A DNA stretch of 64,000 nt from Rhina ancylostomus (GCA_030265395.1 JARFYF010000022.1:19180037-19244036), one strand, 5' to 3'; counted from the first letter of the stretch, positions 23,837 to 36,919 are shown. The notes: generated by a model from the letters alone, not told the origin. A program made the numbers and translations.

Positions 23837-26800
23837 ATAGAAGTAAAAAGAGAAGACGAAGAGCACATTGTTTAACCCACCCTTACAACCTCGTGCCAAT
23901 GGAATGGAAGAGCACAAATGCCATTACAGTAACCCAAAAAAATCCCAGTCCTGACAAAATAGTGGAAATCTTCGAGGTAAAATGCAAAGCCAAAGTTCTA
24001 TCTGATTTGAACATGGTACTTTCTTAATAACATTGAGGAATTCACTCTGCCTAGCCAATATTACAACTTTAGCCATTAAGACCAACTTTAAATTCACATA
24101 CCGCTACATCTGGGAATTTGCTGTCAGCAGCCACTGTACTTGAAACATCAAGACACTATATCAAAGTACCTCGCTGTATTTGAAATAGTGAGATGCTTTT
24201 GACTGATGTGATAATGTGAAACACAAGTGTGTGGTCTTTTTTTTTGTGAAATTGTATCTAGCTAGATCATATATTCTGATCCTGTCTGAATGTATGGTTC
24301 TACAGAAACAATATAGGAGACAGAAATCTGGCACTGGGAATTGAATGGCAATATCAGCATTTGTTCCTGGCTGTAGCCCATGTTATAACAACTCATGAGG
24401 TTTGACACGAGTTGGAATGCAATGACAAAGCATCACAGCTGGCCACTGGTATTGTGAAACAGCTGCAATCTATCTGTGATGACCTCTCACTCTTTCCGCT
24501 CAGCAGGCTGCACGGTGGGTAAGCAGACTATATTCAAACAGTGCTATTAATAAGATAGATCTTTTCTTTGCAATGCTGTGCACGTGTGGAGGTTGGGGGG
24601 AATAAGAAATAAAATAAAAAATTCTGCCTCAAAAAATTAAATCTCTCAGTCCTCACAAAATTACTCTTTGTAACAGTGTTTGTAAAGCCTTTCCAAGTAG
24701 TAACAGTGCATCTGATGACTATAATTAATATGGTCTTTCATGAGTTCACACTAACTGGGTGCTGTACAACTGAAATGAGTTTAAACATGGGCAAAGACAA
24801 AGCCCCTCTGATGTGCTGCCAGCAAGCTGAGCTACTGTCCCAGCATTAGGATCGTGTGGAACGACATTTATGATGGTTTCTTTCCAAAAGCAACATATCT
24901 TATAACACTACATGCAAGTGATGGAAGGTAACTGCCCCCACACAACAGGGTACATGACAGCTTTGATACTCTGCGATTAAGTCATCATGTTGGTCTTTGT
25001 CCAAGCTCAGAAACATACACTGGAAGGAGGTAGGAGGTTGACAAATTATCCCAGTCATATTTTGTGAAACTGAAACCAAACTTAATTCTAATTATTATTA
25101 CAAGTCTAAATAGCTTCCAAAGCTGTTTCTTAAGAGCGTAATAGGTACAGTATGCAATTAAACAAACACAGATTTCAAGAGAAGCACTAAAACCTTCATT
25201 CTATTTAACACTACTCTTTTCATAATTGATACCAAATTAACTTCTCAAAAAAGCTTAACACTTTCCTGTGGTGTCCATAATGTTCGAGTTTTCCCCAAAG
25301 AGCTCAATTTAATAAACACATAGCTTGTGTGCTCAATCCTGCTGTTAACTCTTGCTCTTTGACCTTAGATTTCTGCCAATCACAAAGCTCGAACCCAAGG
25401 ATAAGAGGCCGTGTCAACAGCGTTAGCACCCAAAGCAGGCGGGATTGATGATGATCCCCATCCAGCAAAACTTCTGATACCTTTGCAGTGGTTGGCACTG
25501 GAAAGAATACACCTTATTTAGCAAAATTGTTCATTGCTAACTACAAGTGCAACATCGATGTGTAAGCATTCAAGGAGTATTATACTTGATTGCATTTGGT
25601 TGCAAGGAAAGTCGTTCATAATTCACTGAATTACTGTTAGAGGTCTGAAATACAAGCATTTCCCACTTGAAGGTTATTGCAATGATAGATCAAATTATTC
25701 CTCAAAAAGGTAGTGAATAGTAGATATGGGTTAACCATGAAAAACCCTACAATTTACTAATCTTGCTTAATGTATGAATCTATGGAACCAAAGTAAACTT
25801 GCAAAGAACTCTACTGGTAATTCACCAATTTCCTGCCCTGCAACTTTCCCAAGAGCTTCTAATTTAGCATTGAATCAAATCACCAAGAAACACATGAAGT
25901 AATACTTTCAGTGTTTTTTTCCCCTCTCACATGTGCACACAGTGCTCTGCTGGTGATACTCCATAAACCACATTTAGCACAACCACTGAAGAATGAATTT
26001 CTGGACAATATCCTCCAGCAAATCCATTTGATATTTCTTTCTGTATTCTTTCTTTTACAGTTAGAATACAATATATTTATATACAAGTGCGTTGTGTAAT
26101 ATAGAGTGGACCATGTATATAATTATAGAGTACAAGTTAGAAAAGGTACAGAATGATGTCTGATATCTTGATTGATGGACACTCAGAACCGGATAACTAT
26201 TAAAAACATTTCAAATTAAATTACACTCCCTTGTAAACAGAAAAGACCACTGTTTGTCATTTTTGTTGTAGTGCTTCAGTAAAGCAGCAGCAGAGCATCA
26301 TTCATCTCCTGGGATTGTGATAATATCTGTTGCACTGGATGTCAATGTTTGAATTAAAGAACATTTTGACAATCTTGAAACTATAACAAAACACTCCTAT
26401 GTCTAGAAGCCATGCGCTGCCAGTCAACATATTTTCCCCATATGCTTTCAAAGCATTAGCCTTTGTGTCACTGTTAATTCTTTCCACAAAGCGTAGAACA
26501 AACAGAACTCTGCATTAATGTGTACTTGTGTAAACAGGTATTGCACAAAAGTCACTTATCCTACCATAATTAATCCAATAGGTGCAAAGGTCAGGATTTT
26601 CAGTGCAATGCATAGTGTTAGCTTTATCACACTGCATACCCATGTGCTCATGATTTAGCTGGCATCATTTGGGTGATGTGACCATTAAAAGCAGACTGGC
26701 TTCCCAAACATAATTAAGCAGGTAGGATGAGATAAAAGGATTCATGAAAACATTAATGAGTAATCCAATAACTGAAAATAAGAAAACTTTTAATGTACTT

Positions 26801-27384
26801 CCACTATAGATTTGGTCATCTTTCATTTTATTACATGATCACAACAGAGTTGAGCACTGCTTGGGGCCTGGGTCATGTGACAGGAAATGACAGATAGTGT
26901 CACTATTATTTCCCAAAGTTTGTGTGACACAGAGAACTTAGACATTCAACAAATAAAAAAGGAGGAAAGTGAGTGCATGATAAATAAAAAAAGTAGGAAT
27001 TGCATGGTCTTCAACTTTGCTGAAATTATTTGCTGTCAGGTATCAGTTCTTGCAGAACTTTTGGACTCAACAGTCATGATATCATCAGGCAAGCTAAGCA
27101 CTCAATCACATTGAAGTTGTCTTACAGATAATGGATCAATTTGGAAGATGCATTAAAATTTAACTCATATCTTAAAAGGTATAAGAAAATGTACAACAAT
27201 TGGGGCACAGGAATGAAATTAAGAAAGAAGCTGAAATCAAAAGTTTTTTTTCTTTCCAACAACCATGGAATCTTGAGTTAACTGCCCAAGAAATTCTCAA
27301 ATAGTAATTATGGTTTGGATTTCTAAGGGTTTTTACAGCAGGAAAAGTATGTCAGTAGCCGCGCCTAGAATCACCTTGGTCCAA

Positions 27385-27525
27385 AGAAACTGCAGATGCT
27401 AGAATCTAGAGAATTAGAACAAACTGCTGGAAGAAGTCAGTGGGTCAGGCAGCATANNNNNNNNNNCAGCATATGTGAAAGCAGAGCGATAGACACAATT
27501 TCAGGTTGAAACCCTACATCAAATA
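27385..27525 (-). mobile_element. Penelope terminus with degenerate hammerhead
   Basis: AACTGCAGATGCTAGAATCT...GGGTCAGGCAGCAT; minus strand TTGATGT-AGGGTTTCAACCT-GAAA. Confidence 0.75.
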
Positions 27526-29415
27526 AATGGTCACTGAATGACAGACTTGCCACGTGAAAATTCAGTTGTGCCTGAGGTCCAGGCACTGAACCATTACCAA
27601 TCATGCGAGGATGAGTCTGGAAGGTCATGGGAGAATTGGGTCCCACTGGTTGCGGCCTGGGTCATTTGATCAGGGCCCAGAGTCGAAACGTTAGTGGAGG
27701 AAGTCTAATCTAGAGAAGAGTCAATGGACTGAGTCGAGAAGAGGAGCCAAGTGGCTGCTGAATTAGGGAGTTGGGGGGGGGGGGGGGGAGAGGGGGTTCT
27801 TTGAGTGGGGTTATCAGCGCGGGACCTGGCTATCATGGAGCAATGGAAGTTCAAGGCCTTGACGCCAGGAATCACGCTTAGGGAGTTGGTCATTATTGGT
27901 TGTTGCAGGGAGAATATCAATCAAGGATCATGACTAGAAGGGGTGTGGTAGAAATGGGAACAATAGATTGGTGAATGGGATGGAGTGGTATAGGGTGGTG
28001 GTGATTAGGTTGGTTGGGGGGCCCCCAAAGGAGTGTATGTAATTAATTTGCAGGGTACCTACCTGAAGCACTAGGTTCTGGTGGACCCAGTGCTGTGGCA
28101 GAGGAAGCAGAGCTATTAGTACTTGGTTGTCCTGGGAGGTGCAACTCAAAACCACTTAAATCTATTTTCTGATCAATGCTCTGAAGGAAATGTGCGAAAC
28201 AAAATTGCAGCAGCGCTCTTTGTTTAGATTTGCAAGCCACAATTTTTATAGCACTTTCCTGCCGATGACCCTGGAGAAAATTGTAAAACAGTGAGAGCAG
28301 GGAATTACTGACAGGAAATGACAGATAGCTTCACCATCATTTCTTACTGCAAATTCTGTTTCAGTACCTTGTTATTCCCTCCCTCAGGTATCAAAATAAA
28401 GGAACACTTCCCTGTTGTACAATGCTGGAGGTATGTTCATTTTACTGCTGTCTGCACGACCACATTTCATGCAATTGTTTCAATGTCACTCTGAATTCTT
28501 CATGAATTATCTGTAGCATTGGATGTAGATGGAAAAACTTAAAGGTTTTCTTCATTCAAGTTCAAAAATACTGACAGCATTGATTTGACTGCCATGAGTC
28601 CTAATGTGATGCTCCACATCCAGTATATATAACCAACCACCTTCTCACCCCTGAATGCACAAAATGAATGCCTGACGAGGTACTGTAACTTATTGCTGAT
28701 TACTGACTATGAAACTGGTGCTCATCAATAAAGGAAGTAATTGTTCCATTAACAGTAAAACAACAAACTGTCCATTGGGGAGGGTTGCATTCCCTTGGAA
28801 AAGCATCAGCAAATACAATTTCTTTCACAAAATGATTCCATAAATAATCTTAAAAATATTTTGGCCCTCAAGCAACCCTTCCTGACTTTTTCTAATATTT
28901 TTGCCTGTATGAATCAGAAAACCAACAAGAAGAAATATCAAATCCAAATTATGCTCCCAATCTGCTGCTAAGCTGCAATCTAAAACAAGATGGTACCTTT
29001 GCCCTTCACAACAATGTTTTTTGTCATTTTATAAATCTAAACTATTTTTGAAGTGAGGAAGCCATGGAATGATTTAGGAATGGATACAGTTTCTCAGGGC
29101 TAGCTTTTAGTCAACTTTTAAGTTAAAACAACCCTTGCCAAACACCTGCACACTACATTTCTCCCAAATATTATGCAAAAGGTACAATGTTCTTACCAGG
29201 AATCCAAAGCAGCACACATTGAAGACCTTAAAGACTTTAAAAGACTTTTCTTGTCAATTGAGAAAATTTAACAGATTCTCCCAGAATAATGAAGCTTAAT
29301 CTTGCATTCAAATAAATACCAGGCATTTTAACATTTTTTCCCCTTCCTATTATCAGTTCACCAATGGTCATTACTCTTTGACTCCAGATTCTCCTACATC
29401 AGGGGCAATTTACAA

Positions 29416-30178
29416 CAAAAGAGCTGGTTATTAACTTCAGGAAGGGGGGGCAGAGCACATGCTTTTGTTTACATCAATGGTGCAGAGGTTGAGAGCTTCG
29501 AGTTCTTTGGAGTGAACATCACCACTGTCCTGGTCCAACCACATTGACGCCATGGCCAAGAAAGCTCACCGACACCTCCACTTCCTCAGAAGGCTAAAAA
29601 TAAAATTGGCATGTCCCCTTTGATACTCACCAATTTTTATCAATGCACCATAGAAAGGATCCTATCTGGATCCATCACAGCTTAATATGGCAACTGCTCT
29701 GCCCATGACCACAGGAAACTGCAGAGTTATGGACACAACTCAGCAGATCACAGAAACCAGCCTTCCTTCCATGGACTTCATGTCAATGTTTCTCGTTGCC
29801 TCGATAAAGTAGCTAGCATAATCAAAGACCGCATCCACCCATTCTCTCTTCTCCCCTCTCCAATCGGGCAGAAGATACAAAACCTGAAAATATATAGCAG
29901 CAGACTCAAGCACAGCTTCTATCCTAGTTATAAGACTATTGAATGGTCCCCTCGTACAATAAGATGGACTCTTGACCTCACAATCTACCTCATTATGGCC
30001 TTGCACTTTATTGCCTACCTGCATTGCAGTCTCTCTGTAACTGTAACACTTTATTCTGCACTCTGTTATTGTTTTTCCTTGTACTACCTCAATGCAATGT
30101 TGTAATGAATTGATCTGTATGGACAGTATGCAAGACAAGTTTTTCCACTGTACTTCGGTACACATGACAATAATAACC
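29416..30178 (+). mobile_element. 5'-truncated Rex1/Babar-type LINE inserted into a V-SINE
   Basis: Decayed KELVINFRK...INGAEV...SWSNHIDAMAKKAHRHLHFLRRLK...TNFYQCTIERILSG. Flanked by a direct repeat CAATTTACAA (29406-29415, 30179-30188); the host SINE resumes on the minus strand to ~30320. Confidence 0.85.
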
Positions 30179-30649
30179 CAATTTACAATTGCTAATTAAC
30201 CTACCAACATGTCTTTGGGATGTGGGAGGAAACCCACACAGTTATGTGGAGAACATCCAAATACCACACAGATGGCACTGAAGGTCAGAACCAAAGCTGG
30301 GTAACTGGAGCTATGCAACTATTGAACTTCTTTGTAAACACAGATATGCAAAAACTATAAAGAAAAATGAAAAAAATGAAAATCACAAATATTAGCATGA
30401 GAAGGAACACCTTATGATGACTCTTCACCTTAATATTTCTTGACACAAATTCTATTCCGTCATTCAGTCAACAAGCTTTTGGTTTATCCAAAGCTATGAC
30501 AAGTGAACAATATCTATCCCATTATCTTTTCAAAAAATAAATGACTGAATCCTGTTTTGGCGAGGCATGACCAGGAACTAGAAAAGTAATTGAATATCTA
30601 AAAAAAAGTATGTGCAGAGATGATATGTGGGATTCTAGAAATAATATTT

Positions 30650-31090
30650 CTTCTTCTTCGGCAATCCTTCAGGATTGAGAATTGCTTGCTTCCACTCCAG
30701 TCTTATAGGCTCTGAAGAGCCTAATAACACCAATGTGGGAATTTGTTAGATAATATATTCATTGCTTGGTCTAGGGGTGTTGTCATGGTATCATGTGCTT
30801 GTCTCTCTGATGAAACAAGGTGCTCTGTATGACAAGGTTGTGCACAAAGCACATTGTCAAGATAAGACTCCAATGGAGTTGTCTCCCTTGCTGATCATGT
30901 CTTGCCAAATTATCACATCCCTTCCCACGCTGGTGTTGAGGTTGCCCAGGAGGACCAGATTGCCTCACTTTAGGATGCAAATAGGATATTTTTCCAAAGT
31001 CGGAGTTGAAGTCCTATTTGGCCTCAGAGCTGAAGCATCCAGGGTTTGGGGTGCACGAACAGAGCATGTTGTTTCCATGTAAGTGAGCCA
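30650..31090 (-). mobile_element. Internally deleted RTE LINE (APE endonuclease fragment joined to the 3' end)
   Basis: (GAA)n tail at ~30650; minus-strand LILTMCFVHNLVIQSTLFHQRDKH and LVLLGNLNTSVG correspond to RTE endonuclease L.I.NT.F and LLGDFNARVG motifs. Confidence 0.75.
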
Positions 31091-31139
31091 AAAGGTCATA
31101 AGGTATTCACTAATTCCACAGGATACTGGATTTAGCTCC

Positions 31140-31273
31140 CCTCTCAGTCTTGATGCAGGGTCACAACCCAAAACATCGACCATCCCTTTGCCTCCACAGA
31201 TGCTGCTTGACCCATTGAGTTCTTCCAAAAGTTTATTTTTTGCTCCAGATTCCAGTATCTGCAGTCTCTTGTG
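31140..31273 (+). mobile_element. Penelope terminus with variant hammerhead motif
   Basis: CAGTC-TTGATGC-AGGGTCACAACCC-AAAA-CATC-GACC, then CCACAGATGCTGCTTGACCC...CCAGATTCCAGTATCTGCAGTCTCTTGTG. Confidence 0.85.
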
Positions 31274-31365
31274 AATCCATTCTTGTTACAGTACTGAGAA
31301 AACAAATTAAGTCATGACAAATTCTGCTGAATGACTCCTTGTATTATCAATACAGCTGAAGTAAA

Positions 31366-31890
31366 TAGGAAGGATATGGAGGCTTTGGAGAGCCTACAGA
31401 AGAGGTTTACCAGGATGCTGCCTGGATTCGAGGTCATGTGCCATCTGTAGAGTTTGGACAAACTAGAACTGTTTTCTCTGGAGTGGCAGAGGCTAAGGGG
31501 GGACCTGATAGAGTTCATGAAATTATGAGAGGCATAGATAGAGCAGACTGCTGGTATCTTTGTCCCCCATGGCCAAAATGTCTAATAGTAGAGGGTATGC
31601 ATTTAAGGTGAGAGGGGCATAGTTGAAAGGAGACATGCAGGGCAAGTTTTTTTTTTGAAACACAGAGTGGTGGCTGCCTGGAATGTGCTGCCAGGAGTGG
31701 TGGTGGAGGCAGATATGATAGGAAGTGTTAGCTCTTAGATAGGTGCATGAATATGCAGAGAATGGAGGGATACAAACCTTGTGCAGGCAGAAGGGATTAG
31801 TTTAATTAGGCATCATTGGCTGAATTAGTTTGGCACAACATCATGGGCCGAAGGGCCTGTTTCTATGCTATACTGTTCTAGATTCTATGT
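31366..31890 (+). mobile_element. 5'-truncated CR1
   Basis: AGGAAGGATATGGAGGCTTTGGAG...AGGTTTACCAGGATGCTGCCTGG...GGGCCGAAGGGCCTGTTTCTATGC; same subfamily as 7620-8330. Confidence 0.95.
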
Positions 31891-32282
31891 TTTCTTTTAG
31901 AAAGGGAATATTAAATCCTTTTCTCTTTTATTGTAGTTTATTAAAGTGATATTGGTTATGAAAGATAAAGCAAAATAATTTCTTTACAATGGGACAAGGC
32001 TGCTGATTTCTCTCACTTTGTTTACTCACTCAATACAGGCTTGAGTTAAAACTCCTTATCCACTGAAAGCAAATGTGTTCCTAATCCCACTTGTTGTGAA
32101 AATATTCAGGTTAATCTACCAGTCAGTTTCTTCAGAAGAATTTGTGCACTTGGATACTTTGCCAGAAGTCCTTGTTCAATCTGCCAATAAGAATCACAAT
32201 TCAAAGACTGCCAGTTTGATGTACTATGCATTCATTCCATGTCTCACAATCAACAAAAAAACTAAAATATCCTCATAAGAGA

Positions 32283-32520
32283 CAACAACTTGCATTTAAA
32301 ATAGTACCTTCTACATAACAATGTGCTTCACAAGAACATTACTCAGTTTGACATTCAGAAGTCATTGTTTGGATAAGGCCCTTAACTTGGTCAAAATGGT
32401 AAGTGTTAAGATATGTATTAAAGCAGCAAGGAGAAGAGATTTAGGGAGGGAATTCCAGAGTTATAGGCCCTAGCTGCTGAAGGCATGGTTAACAGTGGAG
32501 CAATTGCATTTGAGAATGAG
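32283..32520 (-). mobile_element. L2 LINE 3' end
   Basis: CAACAACTTGCATTTA...TTTAGGGAGGGAATTCCAGAG...GCTGAAGGCA. Confidence 0.7.
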
Positions 32521-35500
32521 CATTGGATGGAGTTTTGCAGTAACCTAGGCAAAACTCCTGAGGGAATGCACTCAGAACCAACAGTAACCTGCATGAGAGG
32601 TCTATTTCCCGGTGATGATGACTGCATATCCCATTTTCCCTCTAACAATGTTGATTTTTGTTATTTGGTCCGATCTTAAGTGTGGATTTTTGTTGTCTCG
32701 TTAACCAAAATGACCAGATTATTGTATATTTTCAGCTTCCATCTCAATTTATTAAATCACTTTCATTCTCTCCTCTGTGCAATATTATTGCCTAATAATT
32801 GCTGGAGACTCATTGGAAGTTAGAACCTATTTAAATCCTGATGACTGAACCATTCTGCTCACAGCTCTATGCTGCATTTAAGACAACCCAGTGCAGGCAC
32901 GCTTCCAACATAAAAAGATCATTTTCGAGTTTCACAAATAAGAATAATTATGAGTGCAAACAAGTCTGTACCACTTTTCTGGCTGTCAATTGCAAGCCCA
33001 AATAAAGCTTTGTACACCAAACAAAAAGCTTCTATTTAGCACAAAACATATCGCCTTTGGGACCCTTGTGTCAATACTAGACTCTCACTTCTGGATTCAT
33101 TTTAGAGTAAAGATATGGTTATTTAATGGCCCCATTATAGACACCCGCACTGCCTATCAGTATGCCTTCAAGAAACTGTCTGCTTTTGGAAATGGTTTTG
33201 AAAGTGATGGAAAGAATTGGCTGAGATCTGTAAAAGCACGGAAATTACATGACAAAGATGACCAAGGTCCAACTAGTTGGCCTTCTATCACCCTTGTGGC
33301 TACATGAACACAGAATAATTGAGATGTTGACTCATCACTGCAATCAATTTCTTTCAACCATTCTGCAACTGACCCAAACTTGGCACAAGAAGTGATTGAG
33401 AGCTTTGGGAAATGTTGGACAGCTCCTTGATCATCCCAAGTATTGATCCCATGTCATGAACTACTCATGCTGTGAGCTAAAATTCTTTGTTGTTAGAGAA
33501 ATCGCTTGACTGAGTCAGTACCAACAAGTTTTACTATCTCCTAATCTACAATTTGACTGTTCTGAGATCCGTTTATATTCAAATTCCTTCTCGGAGATGT
33601 GGTTTCATGTTCAACTGTGCGGACAAGATGAAATAGTTTGTTGTGGTTTGTGTTATCTGGTCCCTTTTAAAATAAAAAAAAACTTGAATATGTCACCTCT
33701 CAACCTACTCTTTTCCAGTGGGAACATGCCCTATTTCCAGGACTGCACATCCAAAGTAATTAATAAACCAGTCATAAATGCCAGTTTTATACCAAGTTAC
33801 AAATCAAAAATTCCTGTTCTTGCAAGTCTCTGGAATTACACCTCTGCATGTTTTACATCAGACCTAACAAGCACAGGTTGCCATCACTGGAATAGTGGTC
33901 CAAATCCTCAAGCTTTTATGTAAAGTTCAATACATTCACCAGTGAGACTAATGGAAGAGTGAGGTAGGAAAGGTGGAATTTATGACATTTTTTAAACTGC
34001 GGTGGCAAAAATATCCAATAGGCTTTTTGCACTTATTATTAAAGGAAAGGGTGGTGAGGTAGGACCTTCAGGAGGTGGATAGTAACTAACGATAGAAGCT
34101 TCACTTTCTGAAGCTGTAATGGTTTTAGCAGAGGAAAGCCAGCTCCAATGGTGCTTAACATGGTCATCCAGATCTAGCTAAATCATTATAAACATTAGAT
34201 ACTGTGTTTAATGATCACAGGATATCAGATACCCAATACAATTTCCAAAAGAGTTTTAAAGACATGGGATTAAAGTATCATTGTAAAGCATAAGTTAATT
34301 AAAATATCACTGAAAACCAGAGACAATTTTGATAAAGTTAAATCAAATTTTCACTTNNNNNNNNNNTCTCCCAAGCCTATCGGAAATTTTGAACCAAACA
34401 ACGCATTCTCTCCTTTTCAATTGTGTCAGTATATATGCAGCACAACACAAGCAATATAATTTGCAATGCAAAGCCAAACCATATTGCCAAGCATGTTGAC
34501 ACTTAAAAGTTAATTATTCTTACCTCACTATTCTAAACAATTCAGTTAATTTTAATCACATCTTCTTTTCAATTCCTGCATAGACTTGCCACTATCACAC
34601 TATATATGCATATAGCAATTCCAGTGCACTCACTTAATGTATGTGTTTAGGCACATTGTTTCAGCCATCTGAAGGTAATATTGTCAACGTTGTGAACTGC
34701 TTGAAGGCCACCAATGGCAATAGTTAATGTACTCAAGTCAGCAATGTGGGACGTGGTTTGAATTTGTTCCCAAGGACTTCCTTTGTCATTTCAAAAGGTT
34801 CCATTGGTGTTGGTTTAAGGCACAGTTACCCTATCTAGTTTGAAAGTGGATGAACTTGCCCAATAATGGCATGGGTCAGTTAAACTGAGGTTGATTGCAA
34901 AGCATCTGAATTACCACCATGAGCACTAGGATCATCAATTAAACCAATGATATCATTGATGGAATGAATCAAATGTCAGATCCCATTTAATTAGCAATAA
35001 ATTCCAGAATGTCAAAGTAAAATATCTAATGCATTATTTAATTTAACAGACACTGCTAAACATGCAACTTTCTCACCCTTGGAATAGTCTTCATTCTTGC
35101 GGATTAGTTAAATTGCAAGCTTACATTATTGCCATTCTCAAGCAAAAGATGAATACATTGTGGTGAGCAACATCCCAAAAGCACAACCTGTTACTTGGCT
35201 TGCGCAACAAACTTTATGATTAATAAACTCTGTCATTCATTATGCATTGCCAAATCTATCAATAACATAGGGAAAGTGTAAACAGGGATAAGCAATCAAA
35301 ATTTCAACAGCATCCAAAATGCATGCAGTGCTTAATTTTGATAAACAGCTAAAAGAAATGGACTCTGGTCAAATGTGAAGGGCTAGCAAATATTTGTCAT
35401 TTGGTGAAACAGACATTAAACAAACCACAGGGATAAATGACTCATTTGCTTGGTTAACAGTAAATTCTGGTATTTTAGCTGAGCCACATCCAAATAGGGA

Positions 35501-36129
35501 ATGGAATACCCAGGGGCTGAAAAATTAATTTCAAGAAACTGGCAGGAATACAAGGAGCAGATCCTTCAAGCAACTAAAGAACTATTAACACAACTTCTAA
35601 ATTTGAGAGACATCAGTTAGCCTGTAATTTTAGCAACAAAACTATTGCTACCTATTGCACAGAAACTAAACCTATAATCCCATAGACAAACAGGGTGCAA
35701 CTCTTAAATCATACAAGATAGATTTTAGCAACCAAATTTATGACATCATTTATGCAGTGAACTTGTAGCGAGGTGACATTTTCATCTCTCTATTCAATGT
35801 ATTAATCCACAGTTTGTTACAGCTGCATGGGTCTAGAAGGTATCTACTTTGGCTTAGTGGTTGTGTCCCTACCCAAGTCATTAGGTTGTGCTTTCAAGTC
35901 CTGCCCATAAGCCAGCACTTCAGTCTAGTAATGAAGGGGTACTGTTCTGTCAAGTCTGGAAGCTGAAACATTTAGCAGTATGTGACACAATATTTAGATA
36001 CAGCAGCTCTTAAAATTATTGTTCACACAAATATATTGTGGTGAAGTCTTACTAGACACTATAAATTGTGAGGGTGCTATCATGCACAAAGCAGATATCC
36101 ATCAGGAGGGTGCCAACACCAACACAGAT

Positions 36130-36675
36130 TTCACAGTATTACGAAACAGGAGGCCATTTGGCCCATCAAGTCCATTCTGATTCCATTTAAGAATAATCCA
36201 GCCCATTCCACTCCCCAGCCTCTCGCCATGGACCAGTAAATTCTTTGTTTTTAGATATTTATCCAGTTCCCCTTTCAATGCTGCAAATAAATATGTCTCC
36301 ACTACTCCGCCAGACTCTTAAGCACTCGCTGTTACTCACATAATTTTTAGCTTTTTTGTTAATCATGGCCTATGCCAATGGGAACTGTTTGGCACCATCC
36401 ATTCTCTCTGTCCCTTTCATGATTTTAAATCGAATCACAAACACCTCTGTCAAATCCACTCATATTTCCTGGGTTCCAAAGGGAAAACAACCTCTCTGCT
36501 CCAATCGATCCACATAACTAAAAATCACTACTCCTGGAATCATTTTAGCAAATCTCTTCTGGACTCTTTCAAAAAAAACTCTCTTCTCAAGTATGGTACC
36601 CATAAATGAACACAATATTCTAGTATTGATTAAACCTGTGTTTTATAAAGGTTCATTATGACTTCCTTGATCTTG
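36130..36675 (-). mobile_element. Old CR1 3' portion
   Basis: ACAGGAGGCCATTTGGCCCATCAAGTC tail; minus strand FAALKGELDKYL; CATGATTTTAAA (FKIM). Confidence 0.75.
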
Positions 36676-36679
36676 TGGT

Positions 36680-36919
36680 TGTTGTGGAAAAGCATAGGGC
36701 CACCAGGTGCTAGGCTAGCAGTGTACACCATTGTTCACCTGGTCGGAAGTGACATCATTGTCAATCACGGGTCAGGCTCACCGTCAATCACAGGTCGAGG
36801 TCTGCCCAACCATCAAGTACACACCTGGGGGGATTGGCCCCAAGGACTCACCTTTGTCCTTGACCTCGGACTATTGGCCTGACCAGGTCACCCAGGTAAC
36901 TCCACCCCTCTCTAGCTCC
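36680..36919. mobile_element. Probable LTR (TGTTGTGG start) truncated by a gap
   Basis: Abrupt switch to GC/CpG-richer sequence starting TGTTGTGG; internal repeat GTCAATCAC; interrupts the CR1 remnant. Confidence 0.5.

Noticed and set aside
29190-29250. Possible 30-nt minus-strand exon ending CTG|GTAAGA
   Set aside because: The acceptor region is interrupted by purines and AGs, and nothing else supports it.
29740-30165. 141-aa minus-strand ORF
   Set aside because: Antisense to the Rex1-type LINE 3' region.
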